A DNA stretch of 64,000 nucleotides, taken from Candidatus Marinacidobacterales bacterium. GTDB taxonomy: Bacteria > Acidobacteriota > Vicinamibacteria > Marinacidobacterales > DATDRI01. Shown piece by piece: positions 29,777 through 38,682 of this stretch. The stretch covers positions 71,082 through 135,081 of the forward strand of contig OZ244742.1 of NCBI GenBank assembly GCA_965219415.1, read 5' to 3'. Position numbers and translations under genes: made by a program. Position 1 is the first letter of the stretch. Each line of letters opens with the position of its first letter. A model generated the notes under the pieces. That model worked only from the letters and a program-made list of their open reading frames with translations. It was not told where the DNA came from and searched no databases.

Positions 29777-30549
29777 GCATCCGGGCCCTTGGGCCCCGAG
29801 GGAAGCGGTTCCTCGTGTGCCGGAGTCAAATTCGTGCGACGTAGGAAGGAGTAAACCTTTAGAGCGATCCCGCTCACCAAGTACGTGACCGACATGCTGA
29901 GCAGCATGACTTGAGGATGAGTCCCGATGGCCACGAAGAGAAGCGCTAGCAGAAGGATAACCAAATAAGGATGGCGCCCTTTGAGGTCGATGTCCTTGAA
30001 ACTGTAGTACCGCAAGGTACTCACCATGAGGAGTGCCAACCCCGCCACCAGGACGGTAATGGGGATCGCTTGTGCCAATGTCTCGAGGGGTCTTGGAAAC
30101 ATAAATACTATCGACGCCATCACACCGGCGGCTGCCGGGATCGGCATGCCCGCGAAGAAGCGCTTGTCGTCCACTGTTCTCTGAATATTGAACCGTGCCA
30201 ACCGCATCGCCCCACAGATGAGGAACAAGAAACAAGCGAGCCATCCCACCCGTGGCCAAAGATTGAGAGCCCAAACATAAGCCAGAACCCCCGGAGCCAC
30301 TCCAAAGGAAACGACATCGGCGAGGGAGTCGAACTCTTTTCCGAACTCGCTTGTGGCATTGGCGAGACGCGCCACGCGACCATCTAAAGTGTCCAACACG
30401 ATCGCCCAACCGATCAGCATCGCCGCGAGCTCGAGGTCTCCCTTCATGCTGCTCACGATCGAGAAGAACCCACAAAAGACATTGCCTACCGTGAGTAGGC
30501 TCGGTAGGAAGTAGATCCCTCGACGTGGTTTCGACTTAGAAGCGCTCAT
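29773..30549 (-). CDS. pssA: CDP-diacylglycerol--serine O-phosphatidyltransferase
   Basis: Start at the ATG at 30549, in an ATGA overlap with the psd stop. CDP-alcohol phosphatidyltransferase motif DTLDGRVARLANATSEFGKEFDSLADVVSFG. Multi-pass membrane protein. Confidence 0.88.
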   Translation of the reverse strand: MSASKSKPRRGIYFLPSLLTVGNVFCGFFSIVSSMKGDLELAAMLIGWAIVLDTLDGRVARLANATSEFGKEFDSLADVVSFGVAPGVLAYVWALNLWPRVGWLACFLFLICGAMRLARFNIQRTVDDKRFFAGMPIPAAAGVMASIVFMFPRPLETLAQAIPITVLVAGLALLMVSTLRYYSFKDIDLKGRHPYLVILLLALLFVAIGTHPQVMLLSMSVTYLVSGIALKVYSFLRRTNLTPAHEEPLPSGPKGPDA

Positions 30550-31169
30550 GGTCTCTCCGCCATTATGGTTTCGCCTCCCTTGACGTGCTGCCCTTCCTCG
30601 AACCGGACTTTGGTTCCCGCCGGCATGAGCACGTCGACGCGCGAGCCGAATTGGATCAAGCCGAATCGTTCGCCTCTCTCTAGATGGTCGCCTTTCTTCT
30701 TCGAAAACACAATTCTGCGAGCCACCAGTCCTGCGATCTGCCGGACCACGATCTTGTAAGACCCCTCGACGGTGAGCTCCATCTCGTTTTGTTCGTTCTG
30801 GGATGACGCCTGCTCCCGGTAGGCGGGCAAGAACTGACCCCGCGTATAGCGCACGTTGGTGATGACGCCGGAAAGCGGCGATCGATTGATATGGACGTTG
30901 AAGATGGACAAAAAAATACTGACCTGCACGCGGTTCCCACTGCTTTCTTTTTCCGGCCCGACGTAAACGATTTTCCCGTCGGCGGGAGAGACCCACAAGC
31001 GAGGATCCTCGGGTGGGATCCGGTGTGGATCACGGAAAAAGTACGTCACGAAGAGTGCTAGGACGAAAAACGGAATGGAAAGCGGGCGCGTGGGCGGGTA
31101 GAGCACCAACGCGAGGGCAACTGCGAAAAGAATACCGATGTATGGAAGCCCTTCTTGTGCGATCCTCAT
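30546..31169 (-). CDS. psd: Phosphatidylserine decarboxylase proenzyme (short type)
   Basis: 207 aa with an N-terminal TM. Sequence ..VSPADGKIVYVG...FLSIFNVHINRSPLSG...LIQFGSRVDVLMP contains the GS self-cleavage motif. Confidence 0.88.
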   Translation of the reverse strand: MRIAQEGLPYIGILFAVALALVLYPPTRPLSIPFFVLALFVTYFFRDPHRIPPEDPRLWVSPADGKIVYVGPEKESSGNRVQVSIFLSIFNVHINRSPLSGVITNVRYTRGQFLPAYREQASSQNEQNEMELTVEGSYKIVVRQIAGLVARRIVFSKKKGDHLERGERFGLIQFGSRVDVLMPAGTKVRFEEGQHVKGGETIMAERP

Positions 31170-31269
31170 TTTACCGGGGGTGGCTCGTGCAGTCCTCAGC
31201 GTGGCAAGAGAGGATCCGACGATCCCCTCTTGTTGGGTACGACTCTAGTTAGACTCCACGGCCGGTTGG

Positions 31270-31542
31270 CTAGGCGGGCGCGGGTGGTGCGTGCCCTGTG
31301 TCTCCATGACCAGCTGTCTCATGGCTTTGGCGTTCACGAATCAAGGAAGCCATCTTATCTTTTAGAGCGAGCTTTTTCTTCTTGAGCGTGACTTCTTCGA
31401 GTTTCTCCTCGTTGCTCAAGAAAATCTTGCCAGACAGAAATGCAATCCGTTCTTCTAGTTCCTGATGCTTCTTGGTCAGTCGCTGAAACTCCTCGTTTTC
31501 CTGTAGCAGGACTTCCTTTACTGCATCGGAGCTCTCCGGCAT
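31270..31542 (-). CDS. DUF465 (YdcH-like) coiled-coil protein
   Basis: 90 aa. Sequence ..LLQENEEFQRLTKKHQELEERIAFLSGKIFLSNEEKLEEVTLKKKKLALKDKMASLI matches the DUF465 pattern as I remember it. Confidence 0.7.
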   Translation of the reverse strand: MPESSDAVKEVLLQENEEFQRLTKKHQELEERIAFLSGKIFLSNEEKLEEVTLKKKKLALKDKMASLIRERQSHETAGHGDTGHAPPAPA

Positions 31543-31714
31543 GAAACACCCCTCCTGTCATAGGTTAAATCGGCTAAGTTGTGGCTGGGAAGAAAGTTAC
31601 GATAGCGCAAGGGCCTATGAGTAAAAATATCATAAAGCCTTCTCTGGGTGCAACCCGTTCGCGCCGCCGAGAACTCATACCTCGACATGTCTCGTCAGAC
31701 CGCGTCGGGCAGGC

Positions 31715-33634
31715 TCATCGGGGCTCACCGGGTCGCACCAGGGACAGGCTCGCGACCCAGGCGCCGGCGCCCACCTCCGGCACGAGGATCAGCTCGTTGA
31801 TGCCTGTGACGATCGCCTCCGCAGGCACAGAAACTTCGGCGCTCCCTCCATCGGTTCCCAGGTCCACGCTTCCCAGCGCGTGCGCCCCGAACGAGAGGGA
31901 GAGTGGTCCTTCGGAACGCCCCTCGAGCTTCAATCGATAGGGAGCCGGTTCTCGTAGGGCCAGATAGATCGAGGCCCCATGCGGCGCCACCGCACGCACG
32001 GTTCGCCCTCTTCTTCGTTGTGGCAGTGACCAGCCCCGCCCCAAATGCAACGCATCAGTGTCCCCCATCCGAATCTCGACGTTATTGGATAGGTATTTCG
32101 CGCCGGCGAGATCGTAAACGGCTATCGGACCACCGCTTCGGTACCGTTCGAGCAGCGCAGCCGGCCAAGAAAACGGGTATCCGATCATCCGGTAAATGAG
32201 CTCGGTAGCGTCACCGGCCGCGGACCGGAACGAAACCGGACCATCCATTGGAATCGCGCCACGCGAATAAGCTCCCATCAGTGCCAGGTTCCAGATCAAG
32301 AACGGGGCAAGGGCTACAGAAACCGCAAGGAGCGCATGTTTCCGTATTCGCGGTACGAGCCATTCGAGCGACATCGCCAGCCCTAATCCGAAGCCCGCCA
32401 ACGCGCCATCGAACCGCCGAGCACCGAAGGAGGCTCCGGCCCACCAATCGTGAACCGCCGCGTTCACGTAAAGCGTCAGCGCGAAGGCGGCGAGCAAGCC
32501 TCCCGCCAAGACGGGCGCCCTCCGCGTCAGACCAACCAACCCTAGCAATCCCAACCACAGCAACGGGGACCAGGAGAGTAATCCGTGGCGCGACGAGAAG
32601 AGGACAGCTTCGAGCTCGGGCGACGCCCAACTCATGTAGCCACCGCCCTGCGGGACGAGAAGAAAATGACCGTAGATCAATTTCCAGAAGATCATTTGCG
32701 GCAAGAACGCCGCGACCGCCGTTCCCACGCCAACCGCAACCTCCTGCCACTTGGGCCACCCACTCTTTCTCCAAACTTCCGTCTTTTTCCAAGCAAAGAC
32801 GAGCCCGACCGGTACGAAGACGATGTTTTGCCAGCGCACCAAAACGACTAGTCCCGCCGCCAGGCCCAGGAAGGCGTAGTCCCAACGGTTTTCGGGTATG
32901 CGATGACACAGCAACAAAAACCCCGTGACCGAAGCCATTCCGAACGCATGAGACATCGAAGGCTCGAATACCATGTACCAAAAATGAAAAGTTCCAATCC
33001 AAATAAGTAGCGACGCGGCGAAGGCAACCGCACTCTCGAAGTGGAGGCGCACCAACCCGTAGAGCCACAGGACTCCGAGAAAACCCCCGAAGGCGGTGAC
33101 CGTGGAGATGGCGGTGAAATACGGATACCCGATTCCGGTCGGCCGGAAAAGGCCAATGTGTCCGAGGCCGTGCACCACTAGATATGTCGGACTCCACAGG
33201 AGTGCCGGGCCGACGCTAAAGTTGTTGGGTAACCGGCCGGTTTCCGTCGGGAGAAAGTACCCTTCCTGGGCGCCGAGAATGCGGTACTCGTTCTCGAAGT
33301 CGAGATCTCCGTCCACGACAATCGACCGTAGAGTCGCGAAATAGTGAACCCCGTCGCTCGCCACACGTTGCGGTTGGATGTACAAAGAGACTAAGGTGAG
33401 TGCGAAGACGGCGCCCAGTACTAGGGGAAAGGGATCTTTCTGACCCTCGCGTCGTCGCTCGCGAGCCTCGATCAGCCGTAGGAGCGCTGCCGTGATCCCC
33501 AACAGAACGATCGAGGCCACCCAATTTGCCTTCAGAACGTCCGGCAGCTGCGGTCGAAAGACGCCGACAAGGATAAGCCCGGCAAGAGCGATGTCCGGCG
33601 CGACTCGTACCAGCACTCGGAGGGGACTCGCCAT
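31715..33634 (-). CDS. Polytopic membrane protein with a C-terminal soluble domain; possibly a GT-C-type glycosyltransferase
   Basis: 639 aa, with at least 10 hydrophobic segments followed by a beta-rich tail of about 170 aa. The early loop motif DGVHYFATLRSIVVDGDLDFENEY is reminiscent of ArnT/PMT-like enzymes. The function is a guess. Confidence 0.5.
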   Translation of the reverse strand: MASPLRVLVRVAPDIALAGLILVGVFRPQLPDVLKANWVASIVLLGITAALLRLIEARERRREGQKDPFPLVLGAVFALTLVSLYIQPQRVASDGVHYFATLRSIVVDGDLDFENEYRILGAQEGYFLPTETGRLPNNFSVGPALLWSPTYLVVHGLGHIGLFRPTGIGYPYFTAISTVTAFGGFLGVLWLYGLVRLHFESAVAFAASLLIWIGTFHFWYMVFEPSMSHAFGMASVTGFLLLCHRIPENRWDYAFLGLAAGLVVLVRWQNIVFVPVGLVFAWKKTEVWRKSGWPKWQEVAVGVGTAVAAFLPQMIFWKLIYGHFLLVPQGGGYMSWASPELEAVLFSSRHGLLSWSPLLWLGLLGLVGLTRRAPVLAGGLLAAFALTLYVNAAVHDWWAGASFGARRFDGALAGFGLGLAMSLEWLVPRIRKHALLAVSVALAPFLIWNLALMGAYSRGAIPMDGPVSFRSAAGDATELIYRMIGYPFSWPAALLERYRSGGPIAVYDLAGAKYLSNNVEIRMGDTDALHLGRGWSLPQRRRGRTVRAVAPHGASIYLALREPAPYRLKLEGRSEGPLSLSFGAHALGSVDLGTDGGSAEVSVPAEAIVTGINELILVPEVGAGAWVASLSLVRPGEPR

Positions 33635-33642
33635 CGACTTGT

Positions 33643-34135
33643 TCAGTCGCTCTGATTGTTTATGAGAGGGGCTTCCTTTCGATACTGGATGGCATGTTGC
33701 CGCGGGCGACTGTAATACCTCTTCCGCTTACCTACCTCGCGGAATCCCATCGAGACGTAGAGTTGGCGCGCGTTGGTGTTCGACTCTCGCACCTCCAAAA
33801 ACGCGCCGAGGCATCTCGCCGCTCGTCCAAGCTCGAGAGCTTCTTCGACCAGAAACCTGCCAAGCCCTCTTCCGCGATGTTGCGGATGGACGGCCACGTT
33901 CTGGACGTGGAGCTCGTTGAAGACTACCCACGTGACGCTTGTAGCCGGCGACGAAATCCGAGCCCCCCGGGCTCGAAGAAACCGGACGGGCGACCACCGG
34001 GTAACTGAAAGCGTTTTTGCCGATCTCATCTTGGAACGCCTCCTCGATCACAGTGATTTGGGGAATGTCTTCCACTCTCATCGGCTCGAGCCGGTAGAAC
34101 GAGCGGGCCTCTTGGCGAGCGCGTTCGACGCTCAT
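33643..34135 (-). CDS. rimI: Ribosomal-protein-alanine N-acetyltransferase; one frameshift at homopolymer 33927-33929
   Basis: ORF 33728..34135 gives the N-terminus MSVERARQEARSFYRLEPMRVEDIPQITVIEEAFQ... ORF 33643..34029 gives the C-terminus ..VFNELHVQNVAVHPQHRGRGLGRFLVEEALE...LEVRESNTNARQLYVSMGFREVGKRKRYY. Lies downstream of tsaB as usual. Confidence 0.8.
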
Positions 34136-34229
34136 GCCCTCACCCGGCGTCTGAGTTCATTGATAGCGGCACGACATGTTTTGACGCCCTCAGTCCCTCC
34201 GAGTGAGAGGGAGTAACGGATGGAAGCCA

Positions 34230-34931
34230 TCATCGTTTCGGTGCCTTTTCCGCATCCGATGGACGCAGGTAGAGAGCCCGTAGTCCCCCTAGTGGAGCCG
34301 CCTCGCCCTGCTCGTGGAGACGCTTTCCGATACGTGCCACCTCCTCACCAAGAAACAAGAAGGGCTCGGTAAGCTCAGCGCGCTCACCCAACGACTCGCG
34401 GATTCGGTCTCCATAGATTTCGAGACCGCTTCCACCGAACAAAATTGGCCGGCCATCTCCCTCGAGATCCCCCACGGGGATCCGAGCCAGGAACGTTTCT
34501 AACGATTCGCACACCGGCTTCCCGACCGCGGTGACGGAGTGCCCATCGCCCCGGAACAACGCGCCGAAGATCTCCCCTCGACGTGCGTCTATTACGGACG
34601 CGATGAGGCCCGCGTGGGACCGGTGTCTGTACGCAGTTGCCTCTAGCGTCGAAACACCGACCACCGGACGGCCGGTCGCGAAGGCGAGCCCCTCGACGCT
34701 GGCGAGCCCGATTCGAAGGCCGGTGAACGAGCCAGGCCCCGCCGCGACCGCGAAGGCCTCGACCGCGTCGAGTGAGGAGTCGATCCGATCGAAGAGGCGG
34801 TCCAATTCCGGGAGAAGCTTCTGCGCGTGGCCTCGACGGGTCATGAAGCCGGCAAACCCGGCGAGCTCGTCGTCATCGAGCAGCGCGATGCTTCCGTTCG
34901 GCCCGGTGCTATCGACCGCCAAGAGCTTCAT
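34230..34931 (-). CDS. tsaB: tRNA threonylcarbamoyladenosine biosynthesis protein TsaB
   Basis: Start at the ATG at 34931. Sequence MKLLAVDSTGPNGSIALLDD...FAVAAGPGSFTGLRIGLASVEGLAFATGRPVVGVSTLEA. Confidence 0.88.
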   Translation of the reverse strand: MKLLAVDSTGPNGSIALLDDDELAGFAGFMTRRGHAQKLLPELDRLFDRIDSSLDAVEAFAVAAGPGSFTGLRIGLASVEGLAFATGRPVVGVSTLEATAYRHRSHAGLIASVIDARRGEIFGALFRGDGHSVTAVGKPVCESLETFLARIPVGDLEGDGRPILFGGSGLEIYGDRIRESLGERAELTEPFLFLGEEVARIGKRLHEQGEAAPLGGLRALYLRPSDAEKAPKR

Positions 34932-35106
34932 CCGGAACATCTTATGCAGCCAAATTGGCGGATTCAAACTGGCGTCTGGCGAGCTTGCATTTTGGCACCC
35001 TCATATTTTGACGCCCGGAAGTGGTAGTCAGACCGTCTGGCTCTGCTCAAAGCGGCAACGGCGTCGACTGACGGCCCGGCTCTGCTTTCAGTGTACAATC
35101 CGCCCG

Positions 35107-37737
35107 ATGGCCGAGAAGAGCACCGTCACGCCCGCGATGCGGCAATTTCACGAAGCCAAGCGACAAGTTGGCGACGCCATCGTGTTCTTCCGCATGGGTG
35201 ACTTCTACGAGATGTTCTATGACGATGCCCTGACCGCATCCCGCGCTCTGGAGCTCACACTGACATCTCGGCAAAAAGACGCCTCCGGTGGAGGCATCCC
35301 CATGTGCGGTATCCCCCACCACGCAGCCGATACCTACATCGGTCGCCTGATCCGTCGGGGTTTCAAGGTCGCGGTGTGCGAACAGGTCGAGGATCCTCGC
35401 CAAGCAAAGGGCATCGTTCGTCGCGAGGTGGTGCGCATCGTCACTCCCTCGACCTACCTCCACCAGGGCTACTTGGATGACAAGGAAGCTAGCTACTTGA
35501 TGGCGGTCGCCCCAGGTAAGGACGGAGTGGGCATGTCACTCGTCGATCTCTCGACCGGAGACTTCTTCACGTCTGAGCATTCCGGTGAAGGACGTTGGCA
35601 AAAACTCAAGGACACGCTCGCCACGTATCGCCCGCGCGAGATCGTTTTCCCCGAAGATTCTACCGTCAGCAGCGAAATCCTTAACGGTGTCGGCGGCGAG
35701 GAACGCCCGGTCGAGACGCCACGAGAACCCTGGCGATTCGAGTACGAGGCGGCACGTGAGTTACTCCTTCGCCAGTTCGGTACCGTTTCGCTCGATGGTT
35801 TCGGCTGCGAGGGGCGGCTGCTCGCCGTGGCGGCGGCGGGAGCGGCGCTGCAATATCTTCAAGAGACACAGCACGCCGGGCTGACCCATATATCGAGCCT
35901 GCGCTACCGCGAAGAGGGCGAACATCTCATCCTCGACCCGGTGACACTCAGGAATCTCGAGCTCACCAACTCCCTCTCCGAAGGCGGCCGACAAGGAACA
36001 CTCCTTTCGATTCTCGACAAGTCCCAAAACCCGATGGGCGCACGGATGCTGAAGCAGTGGCTACTCCGCCCTTTGGTCGATATGGAGGCCATCGGCGGGC
36101 GGCTGGACGCCGTCGAGCAGCTGGCGTTCGACACCGTCACACGAACCAAACTCGCCGGTGCGCTCAAGCCATTGGTGGACATCGAGCGCGTCCTTTCGAG
36201 GATAACGCTGGGAAATGCTAGCCCGCGTGACTTCGTCGGGCTCGGCGAGTCCTTGGCCGTCATTCCCCGTTTGTCGACCCTAATATCAGAGCTGCGCGCA
36301 CCGCTCTTGAAGACGGTGACCGAGGACATGGATCCGCTCGAAGACGTTCGGTCTGACGTCGAGACCACGGTCGTCTCGGAGCCTCCCGCCACGATACGAG
36401 ACGGCGGCGTCATCCGAAAGGGTGTCTCGGCAGAGCTCGACGAGCTCCAGCGTCTTCGCTCGGAAGGCAAACAAACCCTTGCGCACATCGAGGAGCGCGA
36501 GCGCAAGCGCACCGGCATAGGGTCCCTGAAGGTTCGCTTCAACAAGGTGTTCGGTTACTACATCGAGGTCACCAAGTCCAAACTCGATGCCGTCCCCGAT
36601 GACTACATTCGCAAGCAGACATTGGTCGGCGCCGAACGGTACATCACTCCCGAGCTAAAAGAGTATGAAGAGAAGATAACGACCGCCGAAGAACGCATCT
36701 CGGTCATGGAGGCCGAGCTCTTCGAAGCTCTTCGCGGTCGCGTGGCCGACCAAGCCGCTCGCATCCGACGGACCGCGCAGGCCATCGCAACCATCGATGT
36801 GCTCGGCGCCCTCGCCGAAGTCGCCGCGTCTTCCCAGTACACCAAGCCCCGATTCCACGATGGTTTCGATCTGCAAGTCAAGCAAGCGCGCCACCCCGTC
36901 ATCGAAGCCACGCTCGGGGAGCCATTCGTGCCGAATGACATCGACCTTGATCAGGAAAACCACTTGATCGTACTCACCGGACCCAACATGGGCGGCAAGT
37001 CGACCTATCTTCGTGAGGCCGCATTGGCCGTGATCATGGCGCAGATGGGCTCGTTCGTTCCTGCCCTAGAGGCCAAGCTTCCGATCGTGGATCGCATCTT
37101 TACCCGAGTGGGGGCTTCGGACAATCTCTTTCGGGGCCGGTCGACCTTCATGGTGGAAATGCAGGAAACGGCACACATTCTTCATCACGCCACGACCCGC
37201 AGTCTGGTTCTGCTCGACGAGATCGGGCGGGGCACCGCGACCTTCGACGGCCTGTCGCTGGCCTGGGCGGTAGCGGAGTACATCGCGAGCGACAAGAAAC
37301 TTCGCTGCAAGACGGTTTTTGCCACGCATTACCACGAACTCACCGATCTCGCGGCCGAGCTCCCGGGTGTTGTGAACTACCACGTCGCGGCGCGTGAGTG
37401 GAAAGAAGACATCGTGTTTCTCCGCAAGGTTGTGCGCGGTGGTTCCGATCGGAGTTACGGGATCCAGGTCGCCCGTCTAGCGGGTCTCCCCCCCTCCCTC
37501 ATCAGCCGAGCTCAGGAGATTCTCGCCAACCTTGAAAAAAGCGAGTTCGATCTAGAGGGGCGACCGCGTCTCTCCGTCGGCGCCGGTGCACCGTCCGACA
37601 CCTCCGAGAGGCAGCTCGCCTTGTTCGCGGAAGTCGAGGACCGAGTCGCGTCCGAGCTCCGAAAACTGGATCTGGATAAGATGACACCCCTAGAAGCGCT
37701 TCAAACGCTGAGCGATTTGAAGAAGCGCCTCGACTAA
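35107..37737 (+). CDS. mutS: DNA mismatch repair protein MutS
   Basis: Start at the ATG at 35107 (MAEKSTVTPAMRQFHEAKRQVGDAIVFFRMGDFYEMFYDDA). Walker A GPNMGGKST. Also ..STFMVEMQE.. and DEIGRGTATFDG. The upstream part of ORF 34531.. is antisense to tsaB. Confidence 0.95.
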   Translation: MAEKSTVTPAMRQFHEAKRQVGDAIVFFRMGDFYEMFYDDALTASRALELTLTSRQKDASGGGIPMCGIPHHAADTYIGRLIRRGFKVAVCEQVEDPRQAKGIVRREVVRIVTPSTYLHQGYLDDKEASYLMAVAPGKDGVGMSLVDLSTGDFFTSEHSGEGRWQKLKDTLATYRPREIVFPEDSTVSSEILNGVGGEERPVETPREPWRFEYEAARELLLRQFGTVSLDGFGCEGRLLAVAAAGAALQYLQETQHAGLTHISSLRYREEGEHLILDPVTLRNLELTNSLSEGGRQGTLLSILDKSQNPMGARMLKQWLLRPLVDMEAIGGRLDAVEQLAFDTVTRTKLAGALKPLVDIERVLSRITLGNASPRDFVGLGESLAVIPRLSTLISELRAPLLKTVTEDMDPLEDVRSDVETTVVSEPPATIRDGGVIRKGVSAELDELQRLRSEGKQTLAHIEERERKRTGIGSLKVRFNKVFGYYIEVTKSKLDAVPDDYIRKQTLVGAERYITPELKEYEEKITTAEERISVMEAELFEALRGRVADQAARIRRTAQAIATIDVLGALAEVAASSQYTKPRFHDGFDLQVKQARHPVIEATLGEPFVPNDIDLDQENHLIVLTGPNMGGKSTYLREAALAVIMAQMGSFVPALEAKLPIVDRIFTRVGASDNLFRGRSTFMVEMQETAHILHHATTRSLVLLDEIGRGTATFDGLSLAWAVAEYIASDKKLRCKTVFATHYHELTDLAAELPGVVNYHVAAREWKEDIVFLRKVVRGGSDRSYGIQVARLAGLPPSLISRAQEILANLEKSEFDLEGRPRLSVGAGAPSDTSERQLALFAEVEDRVASELRKLDLDKMTPLEALQTLSDLKKRLD

Positions 37738-37826
37738 CACCCGGTACTTCTGCTACATTTCTCGCCCGGAGGCACAAGACCATTACAGCCGGCTACCCAA
37801 GGGCGGAGCCCTTCAATTTCCTAGGA

Positions 37827-38672
37827 GTGGAAGGCGAGGAGCACTCTTACCGTGAGGCGGCCATCGCGATCCTCCCCATCCCCTACGAGGCCACGACGTC
37901 CTACATGGCGGGGACTCGTGACGGCCCGCGAGAGATCATCAACGCCTCGCGCCATCTCGAAAGCTATGACGAGGAGATCGAGGGTGACGTCTCGAGGTTG
38001 GGAATACACACCCTGCCGGAGATCGAGACCTTGACCACGTCGCCTGCCGACATGGTGGAGCGCATCCAGCAAGCAGCAGTGAGCGTTCTGGACGACGGAA
38101 AATTCTTGGTGGCGCTCGGGGGCGAACACACCATCACTCCCCCTCTAGTAAGAGCGGTCGTGGATAAGAATCCGAAGCTCTCTGTTTTGCAGATCGATGC
38201 GCATGGTGACCTGAGAGACACCTACCAAGGAAGTAAGTACAGTCACGCTTGTGCCATGAGGCGGGTGCTGGAGATGGCCAACGGAGTCCAGGTGGGGCTC
38301 CGAAGCCTATCCGAAGAAGAAGTGGAGGTATTGCCTTCGCTTCCGACCAAGGCTTTTTTTGCACACCACATTCAGCGCGCGCCGCACTGGCAGGAGGAAG
38401 TCGTTGAGGCGTTGGGCGATCCGGTCTACGTCACCATCGATCTCGACGGGCTCGACCCCTCGATCATGCCCGCGGTAGGAACACCCGAACCCGGCGGCCT
38501 GGGCTGGTACGAGACTTGCCACTTGCTGAAACGAGTGGCCGAAAACCGCACCGTCGTCGGTTTCGATGTGAACGAGCTGGCCCCCCTGCCTGGGCAGGGC
38601 GCCCCCAACTTTCTGGCCGCGAAGCTGGTCTATAAGTTCTTGGGTTATATCTTCAAAGGCAAGTTGAAGTGA
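37827..38672 (+). CDS. speB: Agmatinase (arginase/ureohydrolase family)
   Basis: Motifs GGEHTITPPL, QIDAHGDLRD, VTIDLDGLDPS, GTPEPGGL and FDVNELAP. The GTG start at 37827 is tentative. Confidence 0.85.
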   Translation: MEGEEHSYREAAIAILPIPYEATTSYMAGTRDGPREIINASRHLESYDEEIEGDVSRLGIHTLPEIETLTTSPADMVERIQQAAVSVLDDGKFLVALGGEHTITPPLVRAVVDKNPKLSVLQIDAHGDLRDTYQGSKYSHACAMRRVLEMANGVQVGLRSLSEEEVEVLPSLPTKAFFAHHIQRAPHWQEEVVEALGDPVYVTIDLDGLDPSIMPAVGTPEPGGLGWYETCHLLKRVAENRTVVGFDVNELAPLPGQGAPNFLAAKLVYKFLGYIFKGKLK

Positions 38673-38682
38673 CGCCTCTAGC

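Noticed and set aside
29777-30475. Upstream part of ORF 28766..30475, and the upstream part of ORF 29773..30996 (30550-30996)
   Set aside because: They are out-of-frame read-through over pssA and psd respectively. The real starts are the ATGA-overlap ATGs at 29776 and 30549.
32211-33197. 328-aa minus-strand ORF and 226-aa plus-strand ORF (32248..32928)
   Set aside because: They are alternative or antisense frames inside the 639-aa membrane-protein gene, with Arg-rich junk composition.
34531-35106. N-terminal 192 codons of the 1068-aa mutS ORF
   Set aside because: This part is antisense to tsaB. The MutS homology and a plausible start begin at 35107.
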